Source: Chrysomallon squamiferum
Taxonomy: Eukaryota; Animalia; Mollusca
Assembly: GCA_012295275.1 (NCBI GenBank)
Contig: CM022671.1
Location: forward strand, 19,840,001 to 19,904,000
Reading direction: 5' to 3'
DNA length: 64,000 nt
The translations under genes and the position numbers were made by a program. Shown in pieces: positions 1-14,719 of the stretch; position 1 is the stretch's first letter, and each line of letters opens with the position of its first letter. The notes beneath the pieces are model-generated. The model was not told the origin of the DNA. It was given only the letters and a program-made list of their open reading frames with translations, and made no database searches.

Positions 1-3000
1 GTAAGTCAGCTTATAATAGTGAACTTAACATTTCTAAAAATGGAAAACTAATAAGTTTTATCATGGGGAAAAAAGTCATTAAAGAATTAGAATAAAACAT
101 GTCTGTAGAAATCCCTTGAATCTATATGCAAAGCAAATTGTTCATATTATACCAACATATTATACATGCAATCAGTTTTAAGTAAAATAACAGACACTGA
201 ATTTAAAATATATTTTTAATTCATGTACACGCTATCTGCAGGAAAAACCATGTATATAAGGATTGAAGAAACCAGAAGCATTCTGACACTATACCATGAA
301 CACAAAATGGAATCACAACTAACAACATTAAAAAGTAATATCTAACATTCAGTTTCCAAGCTTTAATATAGTGTTTAAAAACATATTATTTCAAAATAAA
401 TATATCTTGCATCGTTGATAAAGAAATAAATAACTAGCCTAAACAAATAAAAATGCAATATTTAAAAAAATTTAAAAATCCAACAAGCATTCCATACTGA
501 CACCATAATCAACACAGGTAAAGATGATACAGTATGTTATTCTTTTACAAATAACACATTTTACTCATGCATGGCAAATGTGTTGTTCTCAGCACCAAAA
601 TTCTTGATTTAATATAAATATTTGTTAGCTTTACAAAATCTCACCATACTTAAGACAGCAGTGAATCTGGGGAAGAAGTCAGTAATAAAATTGTGTTCTT
701 TATGATGTCTCATTCACTGCTTTTTATAAACAGCAGAAAATACATTTTCTGACTAATTGTAATTGGATAGGTTGTTAGAGTCCCTTTCTAAACAGATGCT
801 TTTAATGAATATTCAAAAATAATTCAAATGTTATTTTTAACAGGAGTTCTTAGAATATTGTTTCAAAGATTGGTTATTTTTCAAATGACATTGTAAAAAC
901 AAATCTTTACTATAGCTGTTTTCTTAAATGACAACAATGACAGAAAACCCTCTAATTATTTATAAATATTTGTTATCACTCAACATTAAAACAAACTAAA
1001 ATTCAATGGTTCATGAATTGTTTTTCATGCTGTAGTTGAGGTGTGTTTGAAGACAATCTCTTCATTAACAACAAACATAAAACAAATGTATGTATTTTTT
1101 TCTTCTTATTCCATTATAATTACAATTTTTTGGCACACATTCAACACTATTTTTTAATATAAAATACAAAAAGAAAAACAAAATTACATTTATGATATAT
1201 ATATATGAAAGCCACAGATACCAATCTATTATAATATGAACCTTCTTGTGTTATACTCAAAATACCAGAATTCAATATAATCGTCTTAATTTGGCTGTAA
1301 ATGTTTAAACACCTTCAGAAATGTATACAGTCAGAATGAACTAGTATTTGATCAGACCAATATTTATGATTGATATTAAAACAGACACTGTATCAATTCT
1401 TTACTTCATTAATCTTTTTTCATTTTATTTACTCTGCATGTGCATTTGTTTATATATATTTCAATTGTTAATATTGGAACATTTACATGATATCTGGGGA
1501 CATCAGAAAAGTAATTACTAATGTTCCAAAGATTAAAATGTAAAAAAAAAAAATAAAGGTAAAAAAATAAAAATTAATTTTTAAAAGCATAGTCAAAATT
1601 AAATTTTAACACACACTACAGTATCATCTACCTTTTTTCCTCTGACAGCTATTTAAATAGATATATAAAATTTTTAAAATTTAAATACTCAAACAAAAGC
1701 AAAAAATTAATAAATAAACAAAAAACTGTAACAAAACAACAAGAACACCAATTCTAATAACAAAACTACCAAAACTGTTTAATATTGATAAAAAGTGTCC
1801 AATAATTCAAATTGGCTAAAAAGAAACATGTATTTTCTCATAATATTAAGAAAATAGAATCAGTGACATTATTGTCAAGATTTTTTTTACTGGTGCCACA
1901 TAATTTCTCGTATTTCTTTAGCTGGTAACAAAAAATTTAGATTCTTATTTTCTTTTTCTGAACTGAAATTTCACTTATTATCTGTTCTCAATACAGTGAA
2001 AATTTCGTTACAGCTATTTATCTTAGATTAAAATTTCAGTTTTTCATTTTCTTTTTCCCTGCAATTAACAGTATTAAAGGAATAATTCCTGTTTTAAGAC
2101 TGTTGTTCCTTTAAAAAGAAAACAAGTTTTTATATTTCATTTTGTAATACATATTACCAACATTTGTAAAGAAAAAAAATATTTTGCCACAAATTCAGTG
2201 ATAATTTCTAGCACAAAGTTTAACTACTGACTGCTGATATTCAACTACAACTAGTCTGATGCTGAAGTAAAAGAAGTACATAATATCTGAAAGTTGATGG
2301 ATATGTAATAACATATAATTCGTTTTAAATATATAACTGGTTCATTTCATACTTCAAAATATTTGACCATATTTGTGCAGTGAAGTTTTATATTTATTTA
2401 AGTAGTAGAAGTTACAATAATAAAGAACCAACAGATCTTTGTTGCATTTTTATAGCTTCTTGTTTGATAATTTTATGCTTGTTGCAGAAAATACATTTTT
2501 TAAAAGAAGCTTGTTAATATAAATATTATGTAAATAAATGATCAAGAAATTAAATGATTATCTATGCCAATGTTAGAAATTATGAATTCTATATGAAAAA
2601 CAGTTAAACTGAGATATACTTCTGATTTTTACAAAACCCAAGAACCTAAAATAAATCAGCAATTATTTTATACTCAGCAAATGGAAAAAAAAAGCTTTAA
2701 ATCTGTATTAGAATGGTTACATTTAAATGCAATATCCTCTTTCTTCTAGTCCTATATTAAAAATATTGTAATAAGTTCTTACCAATTCCTAAATAAACAG
2801 CAGATATTTCAAAATAAAGCATTAAAACTCGAGCAGTCTACCGGCAGGAATTTACTTTAAAACTCTAATAACAACAACAATAATCCTTCATTTAAAAATT
2901 AAAATTAATTTAAAATTAAGTAACATTATTCAAGAAAAGTGAAAGTTTCTGTTGCTAAAATTTCACAGATGTACATAACAGTCAATTAAAATGACTAAGG

Positions 3001-3924
3001 TTATCAATGCTTTGAGTAATTCTGACATTGTTCTCTGAGAATCTGTTTTCCTTTCAGGTCTTTTATAGATGTGATCACAGATTTGCAGAAGAAGCATTCC
3101 TTCTTTCCCATCAACTGTTGAGTAATGCAGGTCCTGAAATAAGATTTAATTTATTACAAACATACTGGCTCTATAAAAGAAGCCTCTTTTCACATAATTG
3201 CACATATTTTTTTATAGTACTTTCTGCACTGTCAAGGTGGGGATGATCATCAAAAGGCTAAAAATTAATTTATGGTTAAAGTAAGTATTTCAAAGAACAG
3301 ATTAAAATGTGATATGATATCATGGCATCTAACAATACAAAACACTCCCTGATAAGCTGAGAAAATCAAAATGTTGCTATTTGTCTTACTAAACATTTAG
3401 TCAAATATTTCAGTCTGTTTAAACCACATTGCTGCATTACCTCTCATATAAAATACTTGTCAGTGTCCTCTCTGTAAGTATGAATAACTTTATTTCAACA
3501 AACCTGCATGATCGATGACCACATGGTACAAAAACAGCTGTTTGTGGACTGGCATAGCAGATTGTACACAGATCTTCTTCATTCACAGTGGACTGAAATT
3601 TAAAACATTTTCTGCTTAGTTAAACAAGATTTTTACCAATTATTTTCAATTAATACAAATAAATAATTAACTGTAAATTTAAAGATTTTAAAGTATTTAA
3701 ATGATTGTTAGTTAAGCATATGTTTTTTGGATAATGTTCAATTAGCTGGGCTAATCTTATTAATTAACAACAAGGAATACTTTTTGCCATGAACAGAAAA
3801 ACATGTACCATGCCCTTGATAAACTAAGACACTGGCTGGAATGAGAAGTGTTAGTATTCAAGGACTTATGTACAGAATCCTATTTTAGTGCTTTATCAGT
3901 ATTAATTTACAACATTTATTAAAT
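1..3924. repeat. Segmental duplicate, copy A of the RNF123 3' end and downstream flank; matches 36102-40015
   Basis: Colinear direct match by eye with scattered substitutions and small indels (a few percent). Bases 1-570 also match 15262-15839. ORF 3028..3246 recurs as 39116..39373. Confidence 0.95.
3004..3592 (-). CDS. RNF123: RNF123 (KPC1) last two exons encoding the RING finger, copy A; upstream exons cut off by the gap
   Basis: Exons 3592-3504 and 3133-3004 with GT-AG splice to [54 protein letters not shown]...YSKH*, matching the RNF123 C3HC4 RING (EEDLC.ICYA....VF.PCGH.SC..CI.Q.LM..K.CFFCK). No lesion in these two exons; functional status unknown. Confidence 0.85.
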
Positions 3925-4124
3925 NNNNNNNNNNNNNNNNNNNNNNNNNNNNNNNNNNNNNNNNNNNNNNNNNNNNNNNNNNNNNNNNNNNNNNNNNNNN
4001 NNNNNNNNNNNNNNNNNNNNNNNNNNNNNNNNNNNNNNNNNNNNNNNNNNNNNNNNNNNNNNNNNNNNNNNNNNNNNNNNNNNNNNNNNNNNNNNNNNNN
4101 NNNNNNNNNNNNNNNNNNNNNNNN
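3925..4124. other. Assembly gap (200 N)
   Basis: Run of exactly 200 N. Confidence 1.
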
Positions 4125-5941
4125 TTTATTAAATGAATTATTACTGTTTAAGGTTAAAAAAATAATAATAAAAAAAGAATAAATGCAGAACCTTTAATAA
4201 ATGATAATCAAATCTGTACATGTATGCAGATTAATTTTATATTTCATATTTAATGAGAATATAATATTTACAGAATATTTAACGTTATATTTCAATAAAA
4301 ACTTTAAAAATATTCAAGAATGAATATTGACACATTCTTTAGAACACAGACATTTCTTTGTTTTGTTCTCATTATGTATTTTTGTGTCTACTGTTTGGTA
4401 TGATATTTCACTTGTATTATTTAGTATTAATATACGTGGATTATTATATTCATTATTATAAGATGAAACATAATTACTTTTTTTCCCTGAGATAAATAGG
4501 TAGAATCATTGTATTTGAATCATCAGCAGTATTAACAGGCACTTCATATCTGAAAAGAAAAAACCAGGAATAAAATAAAAAATATAATTTATATACATTT
4601 AAAAAAAATAGTAATAGAGATGTTTACACAAAATACATAAATATTTCTGATATGTAACTGCTACCTTTTATCTTGCTTCATAAAATTAAAAACATTACTA
4701 TGATACAACTTCTTATCACAATCTGTTTTTCTTCAGTTACCCCAAAAATAAAAAAAATAAAAAAATAAAAGTGGTAAGCCTGTACATATCTAACAACTAT
4801 ATTAGTTACATTCATATAAATGCTTAGACAAATAAATGTTTATGCATATGTCAGACAACTAACAATATTGCAAAAACAAGATCCTACAGATAATAGAAAC
4901 AAATAATTAAATGAACTTTAAAAAACTGAGGTGTATCAGTTCTCAATTTTTTAAATTAATATTTGTGGCTAAGAGAATTATACTTTTATATTTAAATAAT
5001 TTAAATAAAACGTACACAAATATGTCATCTCTGTCAAGCATGTGATTGAGTCCATCATCAGGAGAAAACAACCTATGAAACCTGTGGTTGTAAACGTCAG
5101 TCACTGACATCTGGAAACAAAACAAAAAAGTTTACATCCAAATAATTAAAAGAACTTTTTGTTTTCAGTATAAATATCCACAGTTAATATAACTTCAACT
5201 GTAAGTATCACAGGATCGTGTGTTTATTTTTAAACGTTTAATTTCATCAAGAAGAAATATATAAATATATTTCATTATAATAAATTTTGATTTGTTTTTT
5301 CACTAGTTGCAAGTGAACTGAAATATACTGTAACAATGACAACAATTTTATTACAAAGGTAATTAATATCCAAAATCTATATTACATGTTTTTGAGTAAT
5401 TTTGTCCATAATACTTAAAGTATGTAATATCAAATGGGCTTGCATGATGGTCAACAAAGATGGTAGAAAATAATTTTCCTATAGTCAATCAACCCTTTCC
5501 TTGCTATAAGTGGATACATCCACTAGAAATTTTATTTCCATTAATTTAAGAAAGTAGATTTTGCCACAGCCTTAAAAAAAAACCTTCATGCTATGCTGCA
5601 AGAAACAGACATGCCCCTCCACAAAGACTCCCAAAGATCACATCATCTATACGACAGCAACACAAAGGATTAATATTGAAAAACTACCTTACACATTTTA
5701 GAGTAATTTTCATCAGCCATAATATTTAAAATTTACTTTATCATGTAGCCTAGCACTAAAGCTGACAAAAAAGTATTGACAAGAATACCATTACATAGTT
5801 AATTAATAACAAAATCAACTATTAATGTTTCAAATTACCTGATCAACTGGAACTTGCACAAATGCTGACAAAGAAGCACAAAGATCTGCTACACTTCCCA
5901 TTTTAGGCACTGTTAGTTTATAGTGTATGGGTTTAGCCTCA

Positions 5942-6211
<270 letters not shown>

Positions 6212-6275
6212 CTATCTTCTAAAAATATATTTATTTAAAAAAATATTTAAAAAAACATTTATGTTCTTATCTTTA

Positions 6276-6626
<351 letters not shown>

Positions 6627-9600
6627 TTATTTAGAAAATCATTAGCACTTTCACTCTATAAACCAATTTTTAACATGCTTACAATGATGCAACTTTACGT
6701 ATCTATATAATTTGATATTTGTAGACTAGAAGAAAAATACTTCTTCTGTAATTACAATATTAACCATTAAAAAATATACACATATATTTAAATTTTGATT
6801 TTATTTGCATTCAGTTTTGTGGATACAACTACATTAACTTTTGTTAATTTTTTATTTATTTATTTTCTTTAGGTAATATCTATTAAGAAAGAGTTGCAGT
6901 ATAATTTAGGTAAATAAAAGGAGTGCTTGCCTTGAAGTTTCTAGGCACTGTGTAGCTGTATTTACCACTCCAAATTGTTTTGATAAGCTCAGCATAGGAT
7001 CTGGCTATTTCACCTTTGTTTCCTAAAGAGTTGTCTTCATTTACTTCATTAACCCATCGATCACTTAACATGTACTCTGTCAGTAGGGGAACATTGCTCA
7101 TACACTGAGAAAAATAAAATAAGGTTAATAAAAATAAATAAATAAATGAAAAAATACCACAATAGATTTTGTTATTTACCATTGAACAAAACAAGTGTAA
7201 TGTTAAAATAATTTCAAGATGTTTGAGTAGATCAACTCTGCTAGATTTATATATTTTTATCATTTAAAGTTACTTGTTTACTTAGCAGTAATCACATGGT
7301 TTTGTTAACAAATAAGATACAATAGTTACATTAAAACATGACTAAATATTATAAATGCATTTAAAATAGATTAAACTGTTGTTGTATAGTCAAATATTAT
7401 TCTACAAGTAAATCAGTATTATGTTGGTAGCTGTATTTTATAACGTAACAGATTGTTCTCGCACATTTTTTCCTTTTTTAAAAGAACGGTAATTTACCTG
7501 TAAAGATGAATTCATAAAGCACGTATTCCCGAGATTGGCTAAACCACAGAGACCTGGTGTAGCTGTTCCTTTACCTGGTTCATAGCCATTGTCGCAGCCA
7601 CTTGTACCTGCGTAGCTATTGTATCCACTATCATAACTGCTGCCGCCATAACCACCACCTGATCTGAAGAAACAAATAAATAAATAAAACAAAAGATCTA
7701 CTATATAAACTTTTTTTATCCCAGTGTGCTTAAAATTTCTCAAATTTTTGATGAATAGAAGACATTCACTATTTCCAAGGACATTCCCAAACTTTGTGAA
7801 TTAAATGGATAACAAGGACCACTGTTTGAAAATTTCAAACCTTTTCTTGCATAGAGGGGGAAGAAAAGGTAGTTGTCAGCTTGCTAATAAAACAGAAAAT
7901 TACTGAGGTAAATATTTAAAAAATATTTTTCTTTTGGGGAATTGAAACATCCACATCTTGGGTGAATGAACCTTAAAATAGATGTAATGTCTTCTATTAA
8001 GCTGGTGGGTTTTTATTTCTCTCCCACATGCAATACAAACCTTGTTGTGTATGACCTGTCATGACCAGAACCATAACTACTTGTGCTGAAAGTAGAATGA
8101 ATGAATGAATGAACAGACAATCAAAAAGTATTGATTAAAAACGCATCATTCACTACAAACAATGATAAATATATGAGATCCCAGATAGAAATTGATATTC
8201 ACAGTTTACAATTAACTACCAACAAGAATATTTTATAGGCTCCTTTGCACATACCACATACAATGTCCATTGATATTTTTATTTAAAATAAATATACTAA
8301 TCTATCTTTTGGAATGTATTAAAAAGAATACCTAAAGATCATTATTTTAGTTATTATTTTGTGAAAAAATGTTAAATATCTTATTGAAATAAACAAAAGA
8401 TACAACAGCAACATTTTTTTTTTATTAAAAAACAAGATGACATACCTCTTTGCTTGTCTAGGCCAGGTTCCGTCATCATTTTTTTGCTCAATAACTATCA
8501 CCTATTAATTTGAAATTGTTAAAACATTAAGATGTATACATGAATAAAATGCAAACAGATAAATATTTTTGTAAGTTACTGCATGTAACATTAATATTTG
8601 TGCCAGTAAGAATAATGAAAATTAAATACTAAGGAAATCAGAATAGCAATGTCAGCTCTTCTGCTCAAAATTGAAGAAAATTATTTCTTACATACACAGT
8701 ATTTAAAAAAACCAAGGTTACAGTTTTGAAATTTTATAAAAGATAAATTCTCTTTTTTTATTATAAGTAACCTTAAACTAAAAATTGTACAAATCTGAAA
8801 TATAAAGCAGAATAGACACATGTTTCTTTGTACATGCAAGAGATTGTATACCTGTCCTTGATAGAGACCAGCGTCTTGAAGTGTATTGTCTGGCTTGTTC
8901 AGATGTTCATATGTACTGCTCATGTAGCGATTCCACAGACGAACCTCTTTATCATCAGAAATGTCAAACATTCGCCTCATTTCCTTTTCCAGAGCATCTG
9001 ACAAATAATAAAACAGAAACATTAACGTAAACAAATGTTCTGCTTTCAAGAACTATAATAGACAAGAAAATTGTTAACCTTTTTTTATGAATCTGAAAGA
9101 ACAGAACTTCCAAAATAAACTCCATTCTTCTATTCAACATATTTATACCTTTTAGATTTGTTTTCTTTTTTGAAAATGTTAATATTTTATTACAATTCAT
9201 ACTAATATGAATTAATAATTCGTCTGAATTTAAATATTAATAATTATTTAATATTTTTCTAAACACATAAAAAAGAAATGCTCTTTATAAAGGAGATATT
9301 ATTTCTCTATACATTTAAACATTTTTTTTTTAAATTACTTTTATCTCTTAAACCTGTTTGTAAAATATACAGAAACAAAGCATGCAACCATGCAAGTTAA
9401 TATCCTCACTATTTATCTCAGAATTAATGTTTTAGTAAACAAAACAAAAAAAGATTTTTTTTAATCTGTCTATAACCAGATATATCATTTCTTTTAATTT
9501 ATAAACAACATTTAACATGCACTTGCTCCTACTGTCATTCTTATTTTTAAAAAGTTATATCTAACAAAAAAACAAAAAACCCAGAAACAACTGGGAACAT

Positions 9601-10430
9601 ATTTGAACACTGAAAACAAATAAAATATACTGTATAATCATTACAAAAACTGTCTAATAATAGTTCTGATGCAGATTTCTTCTGTTGTTTTTTCCCATCA
9701 TTTTCCTATTTGTTTAACATAAGTCTATTCAACTCAAGTTAAAAGCTCAGTTGGCAAAAATAAAAATCAATAATAAAAAATGTATTAATGCAGTGTTACA
9801 CACATAATAAAAGTGCAATGCAATTGCGTAATAGTACTGCATGAATTATATCCACTGAAAAATCGATTTCAGTTTTAAACATGTTTTTGTAAACCAATTT
9901 AGTGGAACAACTTAGCCCTTTGAACCTATAACCATCTACTTGAGAAAACTTGACAAATCCCACCCCACAAAAATAATGTATTTCTCAGTTTACATATAAC
10001 CTCTAGAATTCATATGTAAAGGTTATGAATGACAACACATTTTCCATAAGAAAGAAAACTCCATATAGTCCATCAATTAGAAATACCAAGAAAACTAAAT
10101 ACTAACATAACTAAGAAAATAATTAAAAGAAAACCACTAGATGATAATAAAAAACATTCTGAGGAAATCAGTCCTTATCCAAACTACTATAGCATAGTCT
10201 AATAATTAAAGTGACAACTTGTTTCAGTTGATCAGCTGATGGGAGACTTTGTTCTGTCAAATACAGAGAAAAACATGGCAAACACTCATGTTTTACCTTT
10301 AACATCCATTTATAAAGCAAGCCAATAATCAAATTTGAACCAATTTCTGATTTCTTTAATTATTATTGTAGTGTAATAGTAACTTTATTTTTACTACATA
10401 TTTAAAAAAAAGATGAATGTTTATGAAGCC

Positions 10431-10486
<56 letters not shown>

Positions 10487-10489
10487 TAC
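10431..10489. repeat. Compound (TG)n(TA)n(CA)n microsatellite
   Basis: Seen directly. Confidence 0.95.
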
Positions 10490-12989
10490 AAATTAAGTAA
10501 CCTAGGGTTGTTGTTTTTTTAGATAAAAAATCAAGAATATGATAAAATTAGATCCAGGAAGTGAAGGTTCAAAGAATTAAGCACATTTTTTTGGCATATG
10601 TGTTTAAATACGTACCTATGGTTGTTATTCTACTGAAATCTGCCGGGGTAGCAGTTTCCATAATGTCATCATCAGTACTATTGGAATTATTGCAGCAAGA
10701 AAGCTTTAGACTTTGTAGGTACACCTCAACCTTAAGCTGCTTCATATATACACCATCATCTATGACCTTTCTAGCATTGGGATCCTGCAATTATACAGAT
10801 TGAAGCATTCTAACTGAGGAATGGATATTTGCCAGATGAGCTTAACTATAGAACATGCAGTACAAACAAAACAGATGTGTTGAAGTGAAACATTCTGTCG
10901 CACCAGGACTTTCCTGTTTACTTCAAATACACTGGATTAGTACAGATCATTTCAGGTCCATTACACTTAATGCTTTTTATTTCATTTGTTTTTCAGTATT
11001 TACAATTCAAGCTGTACGTCTCTGTGAGAAAAAGCATCTTAAAAATTGGTTTTAAACTGCATTTCATAAATAAAAAATGTGAACAGTTGTAATAACATTT
11101 AAGAAAAAATAGTAGTTCATATTTGTTGTTATGTATGCTTGAAAAATTGTTTCAGAAATGACTAATCATTAAGTGAAGTGAGGTGAAATGATCTTTCATC
11201 TATACAGGATACAATCCATTAGCACCAAGAAGTAGAACACAGAAAATAAAATAACTTCAATAATACCTGTCACGTAAACTTGAGTTTGCAATGTAATACA
11301 AATTTGTTTTAATAATAAATAAAAAGATAGTGATAATAATTTTGTATTCTCCCTTAAAATACATTTATGAATATAAAATATAAAAAAGTTGTTGAAGGTC
11401 TATTCTGGAGCAGTTTATAATGTTGGAAATCATTAGAAAACTATTGTATTACATGAACAGAACGCAGTTTACAATAACAGGCTGTTACATTCTGTTATCC
11501 TGGTGCTACCTATGGTATCAGTTCGACTGAACTGCTTGTTCACATGTTTGTTGCATTCAGAATTTTCACAAAGCTTCAGGTCGAGAAGGTATACTTCCAC
11601 TTTACAATGTTTGACAAACATCCCCTGCTCAATGACCTTGCGTGAAATAGACTCCTAAAAAAAGATAATATTAAATGACCCTATAACAAACTTGCATATC
11701 TATCTGTATATCATTTTGAGATTATTATCTAAATATGTACTTTGTCAGAATGAAAACTGAAAGTTATTCAACACATACAAACCTGCATTCTCTGCCATCA
11801 GATATGAAGTAAAAAAAATCTTAATACCTGTGTCTGAACCTGAAACCACTGAACCAGGTACAAACATGTTGCACAATGCTTGTAGTTTTTTTCAATATGT
11901 CATATTACTTCACAATCTGATGAATCCAGTTTAAAGCTTTCTTAAGTGAACGTGATACAGTGACATATATCCAGATATAATACTTCTGAATATAACAGCT
12001 CTGTGTTTTTTCATGCTGAGTTTTTTAAAAATCCAAAGATATTATACAGTTAGTTATAAATGATAAAATGTAGGTGTAAATAAGTAAAATTGAAATTTGC
12101 AAATGTGACATTGACAGACCTGTCCTTCAACTGTCCCATACCAGGCAACCAGTTTGTTCCATGCCTCAGCAGGCAAAAGTATGTAATCCAAATCATCAAC
12201 AAGATGTTCTTTTAATGTTTTGTTATCTTCTGAAAAAAGAAAAATCATTTTCGAATTTTTATTACCAAAAATATTTACATCTACTTTTAATAATATATCA
12301 TTTATTTAAAACTGGAAGTAATTATTAGACACTATGTTGTAAAACCTTAAATCTGCCAAGGGCTTTCTTTTTCTTCTGTTTTAAAAAAAAAGAAAAACAA
12401 AGAAAAAACAAAGCTATATACAAGGTGTATTGGTATTTATCTTCAATTTATTATTTTAAGAACATTATCAATATTTTAATGAAAATAAATATTATTTACT
12501 TTTTGAGTTGATAAATTTATGTTAATTTATTTAATTCAACAATAAAAAAATTAAAAAAATAAATAAATAAAATAAAAAACTGCCATGAAAACCAACAACA
12601 CACTGCACCTTTAAGTAAAGATGAATTATCTATTGGTCCTGGATTTGCACTCTCTTCACCTGCCTGGTCACTGTCCCATGAATCAAAACCAACAAATGTT
12701 TTCCACTGTTTAAACCACCTTATGTCTACCAGATACCTTAGTAAAAAAAAAAAAAAAAAAAAAATTGTGAACTTTATGCATACATGTAGGCCTACAATGT
12801 CTTACTCGATGATCAAGAGAGATGGTGATTCCTAGCATCCAGAATTGATCATTCAGGTTTTAGTTAATCAGATTTTAATGGCTGAAAAGGTGTTATTTTC
12901 ATGTATGTGCATTATTTAAATCTATATTGTGGCTAAACAAAAAATATTACACCCAGGAAACTTTTATATGTTTTAGTTAACATGTGGGA

Positions 12990-13386
12990 GATTAAATTTC
13001 AATAAAGGTCATCTCAAGATCACGTGTTCCACTCGGTCAATTTCAAGGTCATAGCAAATGTCAAAAGGTCAAGGTACTATAATATTTTCCAAACTAAACA
13101 AAAAGGCAGATTTGGAATATGTGTCATTTTGCCTTTCTAACAATACCAATTTTATGAAGATTGGCCCAGTAGTTCCTGAGATACGAGGATTCTGAGGTTG
13201 GTGGTCACACCCATTTTTGGCAGAAATCTCAAGATTCGGTGGGCCGTATCTCCCACACCACTCGTCTGATTGAGCTAAAATTTCAGATTTGGTGTTGTGG
13301 GATCCCAGTCAACAAGTATACCAAGTTTTATAAAAATCTGAGACGGTCGGGTTTAAACCATTGGGTGATTTGACACGGAATGACCC
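12990..13386. mobile_element. Non-autonomous DNA transposon/MITE-like fragment in USP15 intron 1
   Basis: GC-richer island ending in GATTTGACACGGAATGACCC (reverse complement GGGTCATTCCGTGTCAAATC, TIR-like). It has AAGGTCA repeats and no ORF. The second TIR was not found and the left boundary is approximate. Confidence 0.5.
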
Positions 13387-14149
13387 TATGACATTATGAA
13401 ACTGAAACTTGAAATGAAAATACGTGAAACAGAAACAAGGATATTACTGTACAATTGGAAAGAGTTTAAAAAATGTAAGATACAAAATAAGTATAATAAT
13501 TTAATTTAATAAGAAATGCTTATTTAGTCACTGCCATCGTTAAAGATTTATATGATCTTGGCGTTTACCCAAAGTGTTGGCAACAGAACTGAGAACACTT
13601 AATATTTTAATAAAATTACGTATCAACTGAACAAGTAACATAAATAAAATAAAAAGGCACTTAAGAGCAAACAAGTCTGGTAAGGTCATTATTACGATCC
13701 ACTTAAATGCTGTGATGACTGCCTTGGGCAATGTTACAACATTCTCCATCATGAGTTCCTGTTTCTTGGGACACTGCCAAGTTAACGGAAAAAAACACTG
13801 AGGAATAGCACCTGATTCAACTTTCATAAAAATATTATGTAAAAATGTTGCATATCCTGCATCTGCCAATCGACGTCAGGAAATTTATGAAGTAAATTAT
13901 TTGTTATTTACCTTTATTCCCGTTTTTTAACGTTATGAATCTTTGAACAGTTTCACTATGATACTATCAATGAAAGAAGGAAACATTTCGAAAGTATGTC
14001 AATGTAAGATTTATATGAATAAGTAGATTTTTATATCCAAGTGTTCGATAATATCGAAATATCTGTCTTACCAAATATCACCCTTTTTAAGCTGCTGTTT
14101 CATTAAATTTCCAATCTGTGTCTTCTGAGTTTCACAGTCCGGTGGCCCG

Positions 14150-14300
14150 ACTTCCGCCATTTTCGTTGAACGATATCTTTTTCATTAGCAAGTTGCAAAA
14201 GTTGATCCGATTGGACCAAGTAATAATGACCTTATCACAATCCCATGAAATTTGTAATTGCTTTGTTCATTGGCAAGTATGTAAATGTACCACGCCTTTT
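14150..14300 (-). promoter_or_regulatory. USP15 start region with a YY1-type motif over the ATG
   Basis: Minus strand reads AAAATGGCGGAAGT at the start codon (YY1 core AANATGGCG plus ETS-like GGAAGT). CpG is locally elevated. Confidence 0.5.
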
Positions 14301-14719
14301 AAAGTGTCTGTGTTTCTTGTTTCATTTTTAAAATATTTTTTTAATATTTATTTATACTGGTTGTAAGCAGACTTATGATATCCTCATTACTGCTGTATTA
14401 TTTTATTTTAACATAAGTTTAAATTTTTTTCATTTTTAATCTGATTGAAAAATGATTCACTCAGAACTTTAAATTGGTAGAAATTTATGATTATTTTGCA
14501 AACCTAGATTTATTTGATTAAATCATTTATTATTTTATAAAACAATAAATTATCCCTTGAAATGTAATGTTAACGGATATGAAAATTATATATGTTTTAA
14601 CTTATGAAACCATCAACAGATAACAATATATTTAATTTATTATCTAACCATATGTGTGCATGAGAAAAAGATAAATTTATATCAAAACAATAACCTAATG
14701 CTAATAATAATTTACTTTA

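Noticed and set aside
3028-3246. Plus-strand ORF MFSENLF, repeated at 39116, and ORFs 17676/46384 and 15252/36056 as a novel small-gene family
   Set aside because: They are antisense shadows of RNF123 exons or AT-rich flank and recur only because of the duplications.
6925-6931. GC donor in USP15 as a lesion
   Set aside because: AAG|GCAAG is a good GC-AG donor context and keeps the frame.
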